Of a stretch of 64,000 nucleotides of DNA, positions 40,131 through 54,617 are shown piece by piece; position 1 is the first letter of the stretch, and every line of letters starts with the position of its first letter. The DNA is from Octopus vulgaris (taxonomy: Eukaryota). The notes under the pieces were generated by a model, which did no database searches, was not told the origin of the DNA, and saw nothing but the letters and a program-made list of their open reading frames with translations. Location: contig OX597827.1 of assembly GCA_951406725.2 (NCBI GenBank), positions 82,770,001 to 82,834,000 of the forward strand. Reading direction: 5' to 3'. Made by a program: the position numbers and the translations under genes.

Positions 40131-41069
40131 GAGAAGATCCAGTCACAGATGGAAACATGGCAAAATGGTAGTTAAAATAATTGTGGTGGGGATTAAGATA
40201 TATATCTTACATCGGGGTCTCTCTTTCCCATCCTGTTCTTATCAAGTCTCCATCTACTGCCCTCTATGTTACACTCTTCCCTCTTATTCATTATGTACCA
40301 AACAACCTGTGTAATGAAGGATTGTGTTTGATGTGTCTGTATTTATTCCCTCCACCATCGACCCCACCATCATGATACTTATAGAACAAAAAATGGCTCC
40401 CTTCTTCATAGTAAGCCATCAATCCCTGTCCTTCGTGTGAATCTACCCTCACGACCACTGCTCTCTCTTCCCATCACTTACCCCAATGCATCCCTTTTAT
40501 TCTGTTTCCCATGGTACCATTTACTTTTCCTATTCAATCTCCTTACCAATCTTCCTTCCGCTGGTGCCATATATAAATGCACCCAGCTTAAAAAAGGTCT
40601 TTAAAATAATTGGGGTTAGGAAAAGCATCCAACCAAAGAAAACATCCGAAAGTGGAGTGTGCAACAGCAATGACAGCCTAAAGTCTGTACACAGTACACA
40701 GAATGCAGCAGAAAAAGACAGACAAATGAACAGCAAATGAACCCAAAAGAGGAAAAGGTTACATAGGCATCTCAGGAGTAACGTTCGGAAATTTCAGGAA
40801 GCACGGAAATTTCAAAGGATGCACTTTCCTGACAGCTAACAACTAATGTTGGTAATTTATTCCATACTTAGACAATACAAAGCATGAAAATGTTTCTTAA
40901 AGACATGGATACGACATTGTTTTTGATTTTAATGGCGTGTCCACATGGCTTGGAAATATCAAATTCAAAAAGATGGCCAAAGTTATTTCTAAGCTGGGAG
41001 ATAATAGAAATAATGCATTTCTAAATCTCTCAGGGAGATTTATGCAGTAACAGCACAATAAAGTGATGG

Positions 41070-41323
41070 CATGTTGTCAACATAATGTGACAGTCCCATG
41101 AAAGGGAAGAATGCTACTGTTATTTAACCCTAGGAAACACCGTTTCCTGTTGGACTTGAAACATTTCCTGTGTCATTATGTTTTCAATAGGTATTTGTCT
41201 CCCCTTTGAAAACATGAGGACACAGGAAATGTGTGAAGTCCAACAGGAAACGGTATTTCCTTGGGCTAAATAACAGTAACATTCTTCCCTTTCATGGGAC
41301 TGCCACATTAAGTTGACAACATG
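41070..41323. repeat. Long inverted repeat (MITE/fold-back-like)
   Basis: ~115-bp imperfect arms catgttgtcaac...gttgacaacatg around a ~20-nt spacer. Confidence 0.85.
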
Positions 41324-42050
41324 ACCTCAAGGCTTTAGTATGCTGCTGCAAAGAGAAGCAAGTCATTCAAGATATGGCAATCATCATCATCATCATCATC
41401 ATCCTTTAACGCCCACTTTCCATGCTGGCATGGGTTGAACAGTTTGACTGGAACTGGGGAGCCAGAGAGATACACCAGGTTCCAATCTGATTTTGCATGG
41501 TTTCTACGGCTGGATATCCTTCCTAATGCCAACCACTTTGCAGAGTGTGCTGGGTTCTTTATATGTGGCACCAACATAGGTATTAAGTCTGGTGGCTCAT
41601 CTCTGGACAGCTTCTACTCCGTTAATATTCTGGATAAGATGGCATTTCACAGACTGGAGGTGCAAACTGTAAAAATGGACATTTAATAGCTTCATAGTTT
41701 TAAAAAAACGATAGCTGGTGAGTGACAGACAAAAGTTTTACTGGGAAAATATATAAGATATATTGGACTATTTGATGCTTTTAGAAATGTGGACATGCAA
41801 CACAAATCATTGTTGACAGAAATACCAAAGTCACATTGACCCACAGTCTTCTTAATGCCGGTGCTGTTGTTCAATAAAAGAACACACAAACACACACATC
41901 TAAACGTTGAATATGTGTATGTGTGTAGGAATATATATATATGGATGTATATGTATGTGTCATCATCATCATCATCATCATAGCTGTGTATATATATAGT
42001 CAATCCAAACAAGAACAGATAGATAGATACATACATACATACATACATAC

Positions 42051-42117
<67 letters not shown>

Positions 42118-42465
42118 CATCATATATATATATATATGATGATATATATATATATCATCATATATATATATGATGTATATACATATATATATATGTATAT
42201 ATATATATGTAAGTATGTATATATATAGATATATTATATATATATATATATAAACACACACATATATACATGCATACACACACACACACTCTCCTATACA
42301 TACATACATACATACATATATACAAGTATAGCATAAATTCCAATGAGGAGATATATCATGTTTCATGGCACAAACAACTGTAACTCATTGAAACACTTGT
42401 ACAATTGTTATTCAGATAAATCGTTGTATATACAGATATATTCACATAAATGTATGTATGTGTGC

Positions 42466-42479
<14 letters not shown>

Positions 42480-42504
<25 letters not shown>

Positions 42505-45070
42505 TTACACAAACACACTTAATGAATATCAATGCTGAACTCCATGTAGTGATTATTAACGTATCTGTTTTATTCTGTGACATGAAATACAAGTGACACA
42601 TCATAAATTTAATTTGATTAAACTTCTTCCTTGGAAAGCTCTCTCACCATCGGCCAATGCTTCCCTCCTGGCCACAGACCAATGGTCACTTTTTATTAAT
42701 CATTTTCTCAGCCTATAAACACTATATCGTTATTTTCATTATCCAGTATCATAAATTGACTTCTACATCTTTTCTCAACTATTTCTCTGATTTGCTTTTT
42801 TATGGTGTAATCACACGGAAGAAGACTTTGGAGAAGAATTTTTTACTATTGCTCTTAGTTGACTCAGGACTGAAGATTAGAATTGGGGAGACAAGATGTT
42901 GGGAAGCTCAACCAGTGGGCTGAATCAGTAATTCAAGGGACCAGCCATGGTTTAGTCTGGCTGAAAATTATATTAAGGGTGCATGTGTCTATGGAATATT
43001 CAGCCACTTACAAAATAAATAAAATAAGTAGGAGCTTCAATCAATAGCATGAGGAACACCTCCACATAGATCTTGTAAGTATGGATTCCCTGATAACTGA
43101 ACAATATGTGCCCAGAGGGAAAACGGTTTACTCGGTCAATATCTCTGACATGAATGGAATTATAATAACTTACATTGGAGCGACTGGAAAGACTTGCAAA
43201 GAAAGACACATGTAATGCTTGGCTTCGTTTAGAGGTAAGAATGAAATATATGCAACTTCTTTGTCTAATATGGTATGGAACCTTAAACAGAGGAGTGTTA
43301 AGGATCCATAACTGGAGCATTATAACTAAAGTTAAGAAATATAAGGTGTGACACAGCAAATGCAAACTCTGTATTACAGAAAAATAAAAGCTCATAACTT
43401 CAACATTGAACATTTTGAACATTAAAGAAAAAAACCATATTCCTTTGTTTACACAAATAACAGATTAAACTGCAACATTTCAAGTGTAAATCCTTGATGG
43501 ATTCGCCATCTATGTATCCAGGAAAAATTCGAGATATAATGTTAATATATAATCTTTATGGACAAATGCATGTGTTGTGTAAAGAGTGGAATTGATCCTG
43601 GGCAAAGTCTTTCCTCATTTAAAAAAGCTTCAAGTACAAGCATTACCTGGTTTTTAACATCTCTGTTACGTGTTGTATACTATGACTGACCTTAACCAAG
43701 AAAGACAAAGCACTTGATGAAAATTTCCATCAAGAATGAAGGTATGTGTCAGTACAGGTGGTAAGTTTTCTGAACACCTACTGCAAGTGTGTGTGTGTGT
43801 GTGTGTGTGTCTTACACAAACACACTTAATGAATATCAATGCACTCCATGTAGTGATTATTAACGTATCTGTTTTATTCTGAAAACAAGTGACACACATA
43901 AATTTAATTTGATTAAACTTCTTCCTTGGAAAGCTACATCGGCCAATGCTTCCCTCTGGCCACAGACCAATGGTCACTTTTTATTAATCATTTTCTCAAT
44001 AAACACTATATCGTTATTTTTTATCCAGTATCATAAATTGACTTCTACATCTTTTCTCAACTATTTCTCTGATTTGCTTTTTTATGGTGTAATCACACGG
44101 AAGAAGACTTTGGAGAAGAATTTTTTACTATTGCTCTTCAGTTGACTCAGGACTGAAGATTAGAATTGGGGAGACAAGATGTTGGGAAGCTCAACCAGTG
44201 GGCTGAATCAGTAATTCAAGGGACCAGCCATGGTTTAGTCTGGCTGAAAATTATATTAAGGGTGCATGTGTCTATGGAATATTCAGCCACTTACAAAATA
44301 AATAAAATAAGTAGGAGCTTCAATCAATAGCATGAGGAACACCTCCACATAGATCTTGTAAGTATGGATTCCCTGATAACTGAACAATATGTGCCCAGAG
44401 GGAAAACGGTTTACTCGGTCAATATCTCTGACATGAATGGAATTATAATAACTTACATTGGAGCGACTGGAAAGACTTGCAAAGAAAGACACATGTAATG
44501 CTTGGCTTCGTTTAGAGGTAAGAATGAAATATATGCAACTTCTTTGTCTAATATGGTATGGAACCTTAAACAGAGGAGTGTTAAGGATCCATAACTGGAG
44601 CATTATAACTAAAGTTAAGAAATATAAGGTGTGACACAGCAAATGCAAACTCTGTATTACAGAAAAATAAAAGCTCATAACTTCAACATTGAACATTTTG
44701 AACATTAAAGAAAAAAACCATATTCCTTTGTTTACACAAATAACAGATTAAACTGCAACATTTCAAGTGTAAATCCTTGATGGATTCGCCATCTATGTAT
44801 CCAGGAAAAATTCGAGATATAATGTTAATATATAATCTTTATGGACAAATGCATGTGTTGTGTAAAGAGTGGAATTGATCCTGGGCAAAGTCTTTCCTCA
44901 TTTAAAAAAGCTTCAAGTACAAGCATTACCTGGTTTTTAACATCTCTGTTACGTGTTGTATACTATGACTGACCTTAACCAAGAAAGACAAAGCACTTGA
45001 TGAAAATTTCCATCAAGAATGAAGGTATGTGTCAGTACAGGTGGTAAGTTTTCTGAACACCTACTGCAAG
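42480..45070. repeat. ~1.3-kb direct tandem duplication
   Basis: Copy 1 spans ~42480-43787 and copy 2 spans 43788-45070. The 140-aa ORFs at 43000-43422 and 44283-44705 are identical. Confidence 0.95.
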
Positions 45071-47044
45071 AGGCCCTTGTCGAAAAGCACATAGGTCCCT
45101 AACAAGACTGAAAAGCTACATCTCTGCTAATCATGTTTAAGGTACAGATTTGCAATCATGAATTTTGCATGGTGTTTCCCCCTTTGTAATGGTCTAGTCA
45201 CAGATCAATACATACCAGGTATTTTGTCGTAGACCCCAGAGTTTGTCTTTCCCAGTGTGTATAAACTGTTGTTTTATTTTTCATCCCAAGATCAACACAG
45301 AAAACACTTTGTTTTCGTCAATGTTTTCTTGTAGAAGGTCAGCCTCTTGTACCAATATCCAACTATTGGCTCTCTTCCTATATGTCAACCCATTATATAG
45401 TCTGCCTATAGTTATGGTCAAAGTTTCAGGGTCGATAGGGTATGTTTTACTGTTGATGTTGGTACACCAATCTTTTTTAACTCTATTCAGCCACAGTGCT
45501 TCCATATCTTAGACCAGAATGATTTAAGATTTTCCTCAGAAGGGATTTTCTTAATGCTAAGGTTTTTCCTCTTCATCTCCCAGTATATTGTCTGTAGATT
45601 GGAAGTAAACTTATGACCCGTATTGGTTTTTCTCCAATATTTTTCTATAATTGCAAAGTTCTTCACTCAGTGACCTGAGTTTCAGCTTTTAAGTAAAAGA
45701 ATCACCACAAGTTTCATCATTTTATGCACAAGATGTCACTGGTGAGGTTTGAACTCATTATTCCACTTATTGTGGTCAGCCACCCAATATGTTCATGTTT
45801 TCTTCCAGTTTTCTTTTTCACTTGGGTTGCTTCAGTTTAGTAATTTTATTAGCAAATCTACTTCAGATTTTTTCTGGATGTTCTTTAATTGCAATAGCGG
45901 CTGTTTATGGGAAAGTATTAATTGTCGAGTAATTAATATCAGATGATTCCATGCGCTCTTCAGCAACATCATTGATAACTTTTAGCAGGAGGGCAGTTGG
46001 CTGTTTTCTTTTATCATGTTAAGAATGGCCTGTCACTCGTTGATGGCAGAGAAAATTGATAAAAAATTTTATGAACTGTGGTTTCGAAATGTTCTTAAGT
46101 TGAATATATTCAACAGTCGTCTCTATTGAATGAGTTGGATATGGAGATATATGAGTGTTCAAGGATGGCAACAACGGTTTCTTTATATCCTTATCAGTCT
46201 CTCTTCTGGCATATTTTGGCTGGCTCTCAGTGTTTGGAAGAAGATTGATTAGCATCATGAGAGTTGGAATAAAAATTGCTATCTGTGATGGCCATTTCTA
46301 TTTGTTTGCTCAGAAAGATGCTTTTTGTTGAAGTTGTTTTGCCATAAAATAATTTATGCATGTTTTATGAATGTATGAATGTATGAATGTATGTATGTAT
46401 GTCGGTAGGTAGGTAGATAGGTTGGTTGGTATGAAGACAGGTGGGTAGAAAGGCAGTTAAGTAGGTAAGCACATAGGTGTGTAGGGAGGTCAGGAGGAGT
46501 GAAAGGTAGGTCTGTAAGTCAGTAGTCGTGACTATGAGTTAAATGTATGACACATATGAAAGAACAGGTTTTCTTGGGTAGCATTTCATTATTATTTCAA
46601 ATCTGTAAATTTGAAATAAAGATATTCACGTAGCATCTTTGAGTTCCGCAGTAGACACTGCTTTACTGAATTATAATATATTCATAACATCCCAATGGAA
46701 TCAGATATTGGTCTGGTATGATAGCTGAAGGCAAAACATGTAATTGCTATTATTTCATATTCTTTTAATCCAATATTATATTCTGTCTAGCCAGAGATTC
46801 AATGATATTTTCACCTTCACATGAAGCATTTCTTTTGTCACTCTTAGTTTGATTATATATGAAAATATATCGAGAATAGAGAGATTCCTTTCACAAACAA
46901 CTTTCATATTCTTGTCTATTGTCACATTCTATTCTCTGCTCTGCTCTTGAAGCTGCTCTCAAATGTTCTTCTTTACAGATGTCTGCATTTGTACTGTAAT
47001 TTAACTCTTAATATATAACTATCTTACAGCTATGTACAGTATAC

Positions 47045-47081
<37 letters not shown>

Positions 47082-47372
47082 AATCTTTCGTAGACTGAGA
47101 ATGATCATTCTTCAATTTGTTGCTGATCAGCCTGCACGAATGATTCGTTGATAGGGATCAAATAAATGTACGTGAACTGCATCAGCTCACTTCCTCCATA
47201 AAATTGACGTTGCCTGTATGGGGGCATAGTGTGCCACACGTCAGGTGTCCAAGAAGCAATCACTGTAAGATGAAATGCTTTGCTCAAGAACACGATGCAT
47301 CACTCAGTCGAGGAATTGACACCACAATCTTGCAATTGTAAGTGCAACGCCTTAATCACTTGGTCATGCACC

Positions 47373-47406
<34 letters not shown>

Positions 47407-47684
47407 TTTATATATGGAGAGAGAGAGGGGAGAGAGAGAGATGAAATTAAATAAATGACAAGGGAAGAATACATTAAGCAATGCACTCAACTGAGTGCTT
47501 GTGCATCACCTTATAGCAGAAACAGCTGTAAGCCAATGCAGTACATTGTATAATTTCCTGTTCCCTTATCATTTATTTAATTTCGTATTCTGCTCTGGAC
47601 CCAACATCTGCTTTCTTCTGAAATATGTGTGTATTGAGTTCTAACACCAGGTTATTAGTATCAACATACTTAAGTGAAACAGTG

Positions 47685-47738
<54 letters not shown>

Positions 47739-48358
47739 CTGTGTGTGTGTGTGTGTGTGTGTTGGGGAGGTACATGTACATCGTTGTTCACAATTATACC
47801 ACACAGACAGCAGTCAATATATAACTGTGTTATACGTGAGGGTGCATGGCTTAGTGGTTAGGGCATTGTACTCACAACTGCGAGATCATGGTTTCAAGTC
47901 CTGCACTAGATCTGTATCCCATGAGCTTTATGTGAAAGGTGGTCAATTGGCACAATCGGGAGCATGCCAGGCAGCATTTCATTAGTCTTTATATTCTGAG
48001 TTCAAATTCTGCCGAGATCAACTTTGCCTTTCATCTTATTGTAGTTGATAAAATAAATACAAGTTAAGCACTGGGGTCAACGTAATCAACTGGACCCCCC
48101 CCCAATTGCTGGCCTTGTGCCAAAATTTGAAACCAATTTTAATGTGTTGACTTTTGAAAATTGTTGAAGGATCAGACAAAATGTATTGTGGGGCTTTGCT
48201 TCTGCTCTTTACGGTCTGAGTTCAAATCCCAATGAAGTTGGATTTGCCCTCCATCATTTTGGGTCAATAAAACACGCATCAAGTCCTGGGGGGGGGGCAG
48301 GGTCAATATAATTGACTTTTCCCTCCCACCACCCTGTGCCTATCTTAGAAATTATTAT

Positions 48359-49512
48359 TGTTACGGACGCAAGGAAAAGTAAACGAACAAAAAAACATTA
48401 TGCCCCTTGTTCCATTAGTTGGAATCGAACCGGCGCTCCAGTTGTTCAGGACAATGGTATTTCCTTTGTTCTGTCAAAGAGCATGATTATTAATGGCCCT
48501 TGGCAGTGATCTATGGCCCCACATGGTCACGGAAAGTTTTAAAAAATAAAAATGTTGGGAAGGGATCTACACACTGCTGTCATCGATATCTCTCTTCTTC
48601 TAGCTGCTGGCCGTTATAAATATAGCTAGCATTAAGTGAAAGGGTCAGTCGGTGAGAGTCAGTCAGTGAGAGAAAGACAGACGGTCAGTGTGAGCGGAGA
48701 CCATGACCAGGGAGTGAGTTAGAGATGATGACGGATAGAGACAGACAAGTGAGTGGGAGAGAGACAGGACAAGAGGCAGCCAAGATGACAGTCGCAGACT
48801 GACAGCGAGAGATGACAACGAGCGGTCAGGCAAGTTGTTATAGTGGGAGTTTGTGAAGTTAAAAATTGTTGCGGGTGCGAATTTAAGAAACAAATGTTCC
48901 GGCAATGTTGTTTTTCTGTATGTTTTGAATTCTAATGTTTAAATGTAAATGTTCTTTGAAAAAAACAGAAGAGAAGAGACGATGTGCTGTGGAAATGAAA
49001 AAAAAAAGAGAGGCTCTGGCGTAACCGTTGAAAAGAAAAAAAGAGGGTGTTGTTGGCTGCTTTTAAAAGAAAAGAAAAGGAAGAAAAAAAAGGACTTGGA
49101 AATGTTTTTAAAAGCAGAAGGAACTTTTTGAGGACTGTCGTGTTAAAAAAAAAAACAGAGGAAAGTGGGGCTCTAAGAGACTGTTGATTGTGAACTTTGC
49201 GTTAAATGTAAAATGATTTGTCTTGAAAAAGACCGAACAGTATTGTGTCAAATGCTAAATGATTTGTTCTTCGAACTCTGTACATGATTTGTCAACCTTT
49301 GTTTTGGAATGCTTTGGTTTTGTTAAAGAAAAAAAGGGTTGAATTACGCAACTTCCGCCTGTGTCTCTTCTTTTGTTGTTGTGTTGGTTCCTGGCTGCAT
49401 TCGCTGCCTTCCCCACTTCCCGTGGTGGATTTCTGGTTTACTGAGTGTCATCGTCATGACTTAGGGCACGTGGTGGCATCGGAAGGCCTTGGGCCTGAGT
49501 GGCAGCGTAACA
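48359..49512 (+). mobile_element. Solo LTR (~1.15 kb, probably Gypsy-type)
   Basis: Termini TGTTACG...CGTAACA form a perfect 7-bp inverted repeat. TTAT flanks both ends (4-bp TSD in a TTA-rich site). Internal TATAAATA plus Inr; no internal coding region. Confidence 0.8.
48615..48650 (+). promoter_or_regulatory. TATA box plus initiator core promoter within the solo LTR
   Basis: TATAAATA at 48615 and TCAGTC at 48645-48650; the initiator A lies 32 nt after the TATA start. Confidence 0.55.
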
Positions 49513-49781
49513 TTATTATATCAGAAATTGTTTCTATGAAACAAAATTATGAGTTGTCAGAATCAGTTGAGCAATGGATAAAATGCCTGGTGCTGTTTCT
49601 TCTGATTCTTTACATTCCAAGTTCAAATCCTGCCGAGGTCAACTTTGTCTTTCCTCCTTCCAAGGGTGATAACACGAATCAAGCAAAATAAAGTAAAATA
49701 CCAGTCAAATACCCCTGCCCACAAAATTGTTGGCCTTGGGTCTGAATTAGAAAATACCTTTATTATTATTATTATTATTAT

Positions 49782-50236
49782 TGAGTGAGAGAGCAGTGCA
49801 TGCTATCAAAGTGACACTGGGGTACAAATATATGAAGTCCAATATACCCAGCATGACTACTCATCTGATAAGAGTACACCAGGCATATGCATCATAACTA
49901 CATGTGTGCAACATGGTGATCTCATATCAAGATAAACAGCACATGACCTTGCAGGTGGGGCCCAGTTAGAATTTTCTTCAGGTCCAGTAGTCCATCCTGC
50001 TCAAACGGTCTCTGAATAAGATTTATTTATGGATGATGAACAAAACCATGTTTCCAGAGGTGAATTATTCAAACCCCAAATAATTCCTCTCAACACTTGC
50101 CAATGATGCTCCCCAACTGACAAGCAAATCTGTGGTATTGAGCAGAGTATTTACTGTAGGGCCATCTTTTATACCAAGATAAAACAAGGTTCATGATAAC
50201 ACTTCCAATCAGTTAAGATCAGAAGCCATGAGAACC
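49782..50236 (-). mobile_element. Second copy of the (TAA)n-associated element, with an internal deletion
   Basis: Reverse complement matches 30387-30918 (tgagtgagagagcagtgcatg...agaagccatgaga). Starts at a (TTA)n run. Confidence 0.75.
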
Positions 50237-50247
50237 ATATCATTACT

Positions 50248-50324
<77 letters not shown>

Positions 50325-51452
50325 ATCCTAAAGGAATGGTAGCTTATTGCAACAGTATCTTCCTAAAGTCCATGATTATATAACTGTCAGTGAATTTCAT
50401 GAACACAACAGTTTCTTTGTCCCTTCTGTATAATTTCTATTTGATAATTAACCTGATATTATTGTGAGATATCCACCAGACAATATATAACATTTAAAGA
50501 TGAGTTTCTGACAGTAATTAATACACCAAGATTAATTAGGAAACTATTAATTTTCACAAATGTAAAGATAATTTTAAAATGAAACATCAGAATTTAAATC
50601 ATTGAAAATTCCTAATTTTTTTTCCGAGATATCAGTTCCAGTTTTAAGCCTGACATTGTAAAAGAGTTTTCTTTATATTTGAAAAGTTCAAATAAGTTGG
50701 CCTCACCATAGCAACCAGCATCCATTAAAGAGAGTTTCGGTTGCTAGGTGAAAAGTCAAAGCTTCTGTTCTGAATTTTACCGCCGGCAACAGTTTGGGAA
50801 ATCTCAGGACCTCCATTCTGTTTTCAAATAGGTGCTAACAAGAAGTAATTTAATAAGCAAAGCAATATTCCGGACTTTTCTGTGTCAGCTAAGCGTTTAT
50901 TGATTAATACATTTTCTCCTGAAAAGCAGAATTATGCATATTAATTTTGATCACTGTTCTGTTCAAGTGTCTTTTGAAGATTGGCTGAAACAGAAGAAAA
51001 TATGGCTTCGAATGCCCTCTCCATTTGAACCCCATCAACTAGAAATAAGACGGAACACACACAGCACTTGTACACACACGTACACACACACTGGCACACA
51101 CATACACATGTGCGTACAGTGATATAGTGACAAGCAAACACACAAACACACAGAAATATACACACAGCGAAGAAGTAAAGTTGGAGCATCAGCAGGCACC
51201 CACTGACTGGCGAGTCCATCGACATAAAGCCAGTGTCACACGACAGCAGCAGTTATAGTGGATGGAAGATGAAGAAGAGAGTGGCTGGATAAACAGCTCC
51301 AATCACAGCAAACAATAACACAAGTGAACAATGAAGGTAAGGCACTAACCTCATGTTTCTTGGGGGGGAAGAAAAAAAATTTGTTTTAAAGTACGAAGAA
51401 GGGGGATATTATTTTGAATATTATATAGTATCACACTCACATACACATACAT

Positions 51453-51579
<127 letters not shown>

Positions 51580-51630
51580 CATATTTGTATGTTTTTATAT
51601 GTTTGTATGTATGTATGCATGTGTACATAC

Positions 51631-51714
<84 letters not shown>

Positions 51715-52253
51715 TCACAAGTATATGTGTGTATATGCATGTGACAGAATAATTGTATGTACTTCTATAGTTCATATTTTACAAGTATGTATAAGTTAAC
51801 ATGAAAATGAGAAAGTATGATTGAGCATGTATTTATCTATATATATATATATATATATATATATGAGGTGGGGGTCTGTGTCTCTGCGTGTGTATGTGTA
51901 TATGTGGGTGTTGGCGTGTGTGCATGTAAGTATGATTGTCATCTGTAAAAGAATATATACCTATCATAGTATATTAAAGAATGTTATGTGGGTGTGTATT
52001 GTACATGTTTATATATGTTTATATATACATAACATACATATGTGTATAAACATATATATATACATACACATACATATATGTATGTGATTTTATGTGTGCG
52101 TTGTGTGTGGTGTGTGTGTTGTGTATGTGTGTGTGTGTGTGTGTGTGTGCACCAGAAAGTATGTAAATATATGTATATGTCTGTCAGAATGTCAGCCCAA
52201 GTGAACTTGCTATAAGTGTGTGTGTATATATATATACGTGTATATATATATAC

Positions 52254-52381
<128 letters not shown>

Positions 52382-52504
52382 GCACGTATATATATATATA
52401 TTTATATATATATATAGTCCAACCAATGACAGCATGGAAACAAGTGTTGAATGATGATGATGATGATGACAATGATAAATGTGTATATGTGTGTGTGTGT
52501 ATGT

Positions 52505-52557
<53 letters not shown>

Positions 52558-52605
52558 CATATATGCACATACGTATGTATGTATATATGTACATATACAT
52601 ATATC

Positions 52606-52636
<31 letters not shown>

Positions 52637-53244
52637 ATGTATGTATGTCTATATCTATATACATGTATGTATGTATTTATCTTTCTCTCTCTCTCTCTAT
52701 ATATATATATACACGCACACACACACACACTCACACACACATGTGCCCATGTGCCCATGTGTACTGTGTTCCTTCGATTGTGTATGCCTGTATTCGCATG
52801 TGCCAACAGAAGCCTGAGAATGCTTGTCTCTGGCAAAACTCTCCGTCTGCACGCATTCGTCGACCATCCTCTTCTGTCCCTCTTCTGCCTCCGTAAATAT
52901 CTGACGGTAAGTTTACTCAAGCATGTTTGATTATATCTTTGCATGACTCTATATTTCAGACTAACAATAATCTACATGTGCAGCACTCTGGGTATGGATG
53001 TGTAAGTGTGTGTGTGTGTGTGTGTGTACATGTGCATGTGTTTGTGTATGTGCGTATGGGCATATTACTTTTGTCTTTATGTGTGTTTGTGTGTACCAGT
53101 TCATCAGGCTATTCGGTTATCTTTATATCTATCGATCTATCTATCTATCTATACATGTGTGCGTGTGTGTCTTTGTGTGTGAGTGCATGTGTGTGTGAGT
53201 ACGTGTGTGTATGCATATGTATGCATATATATTTTTGCATGTGT

Positions 53245-53465
53245 ATGGCAGAACCGTTAGCACACCAGGCAAAATGCTTGGCGGTATTTTGTCTGCTGCT
53301 ACGTTCTGAGTTCAATTTCCACTGAGGTCGACTTTGCCTTTCATCCTTTCGGGGTCAATTAAATAGGTACTTGTTATGCACTGGGGTCAATCTAATCGAC
53401 TTAATCCCTTCGTCTGTCCTTGTTTGTCCCCTCTATGTTTAGCCCCTTGTGGGCAATAAAGAAAT
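53245..53465 (+). mobile_element. SINE family B copy
   Basis: Collinear with 24216-24445. Confidence 0.85.
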
Positions 53466-54000
53466 TAATATATATACACACATGCACACACACACACACA
53501 CACACACATATGTATGGTTGGGAAGATCTGTGCCTGAGTGTGCACCTGTTTTTTCATATGATTGCGTATGCATATGTGTATGAGTGTTTGTGTGTGTGTG
53601 TATATATATATACATGTGCATGCATGTATGTGTGTGGGGGGCGGCTGTGTCTATGAGTGGGTGTGTTTGTCGTAACACCATTTTAAGGATGATTGTATGG
53701 TCAGCTGAGTAAGTCCGTGTCCAGGGTCCATTGAAGGGACAAAACAGAATCAGTCAGGTGTATCGTTACATGGAAATGTAAACATGCGTGCGTGTGTGTG
53801 TGTTTGTATGGGAGGGGGGTTGTGTGTGTGCGAACACGTGTGTGTGTGGGTAATGTATTTGTGTGAGAGAAAGCTGTATGTGTCATTTCTGGTTGAAAAA
53901 AATAAAGGATTTTCAAAATAATAAATTTCTCAACTTTTAGTCATTTCTAATTTTCCTGTTAAAATGTGAAGTTTAAGACTAGAATAAGTCACCAGACACA

Positions 54001-54071
<71 letters not shown>

Positions 54072-54332
54072 GCAAACACACACACACACACACATACACA
54101 TACGCAAACACATACATTCATTTACATACGCATAAGAGGAAGATGTATCATCATCATCATCATCATCATTTAGCGTCCGTATCATCAGAGATTAAAGATA
54201 TCTAGTCATAGTGGAATAACATCACATTTTGTATGTGTGTGTGTGTGTGTGTATAGATATATATATCCATACATATATATATATATATATATATCCATAC
54301 ATGTATATATAAATGTATATATATGTATGTAC

Positions 54333-54385
<53 letters not shown>

Positions 54386-54416
54386 TTATTTAAAGCAGCA
54401 GAAAATTCAACAAAAT

Positions 54417-54454
54417 TTGTTACTGTGAGTTTCTCGTTGCCGTTCATCAGACAG
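54417..54454 (-). ncRNA. Minimal type I hammerhead ribozyme motif (left arm of palindrome)
   Basis: Reverse complement reads ctgt-CTGATGA-acggcaacga-GAAA-ctcacag-TA-acaa. Intact core, 3-bp stem I, stem III ACT-cac-AGT. Confidence 0.72.
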
Positions 54455-54477
54455 TTTTTGCTAGTTTCTAGCAGAAA

Positions 54478-54515
54478 CTGTCTGATGAACGGCAACGAGA
54501 AACTCAGAGTAACAG
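54478..54515 (+). ncRNA. Minimal type I hammerhead ribozyme motif (right arm of palindrome)
   Basis: ctgt-CTGATGA-a-cg-gcaa-cg-a-GAAA-ctcagag-TA-acag. Intact core, perfect 4-bp stem I, GNRA-capped short stem II, self-complementary stem III. Predicted cleavage after 54511. Confidence 0.8.
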
Positions 54516-54617
54516 ATTTTGTTGAATTTTCTGCTGCTTTAAATAAAGCATATTACTCTACCACTGGTATTTGAGTACTCTTTTTTCCACCTTGTTTCAC
54601 ATTTATGTGTTTACTCC

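Noticed and set aside
43000-44705. Two identical 140-aa ORFs suggesting a duplicated gene
   Set aside because: No recognisable domain; identity is explained by the probably artefactual duplication.
45040-46300. Possible decayed retroelement ORF1 or zinc-knuckle region on the minus strand (similar impression at 15250-16200)
   Set aside because: Motifs are too degraded to support without a translated search.
47838-47910. tRNA-like sequences (also ~20993-21060 and SINE heads)
   Set aside because: Degenerate SINE heads without a convincing cloverleaf.
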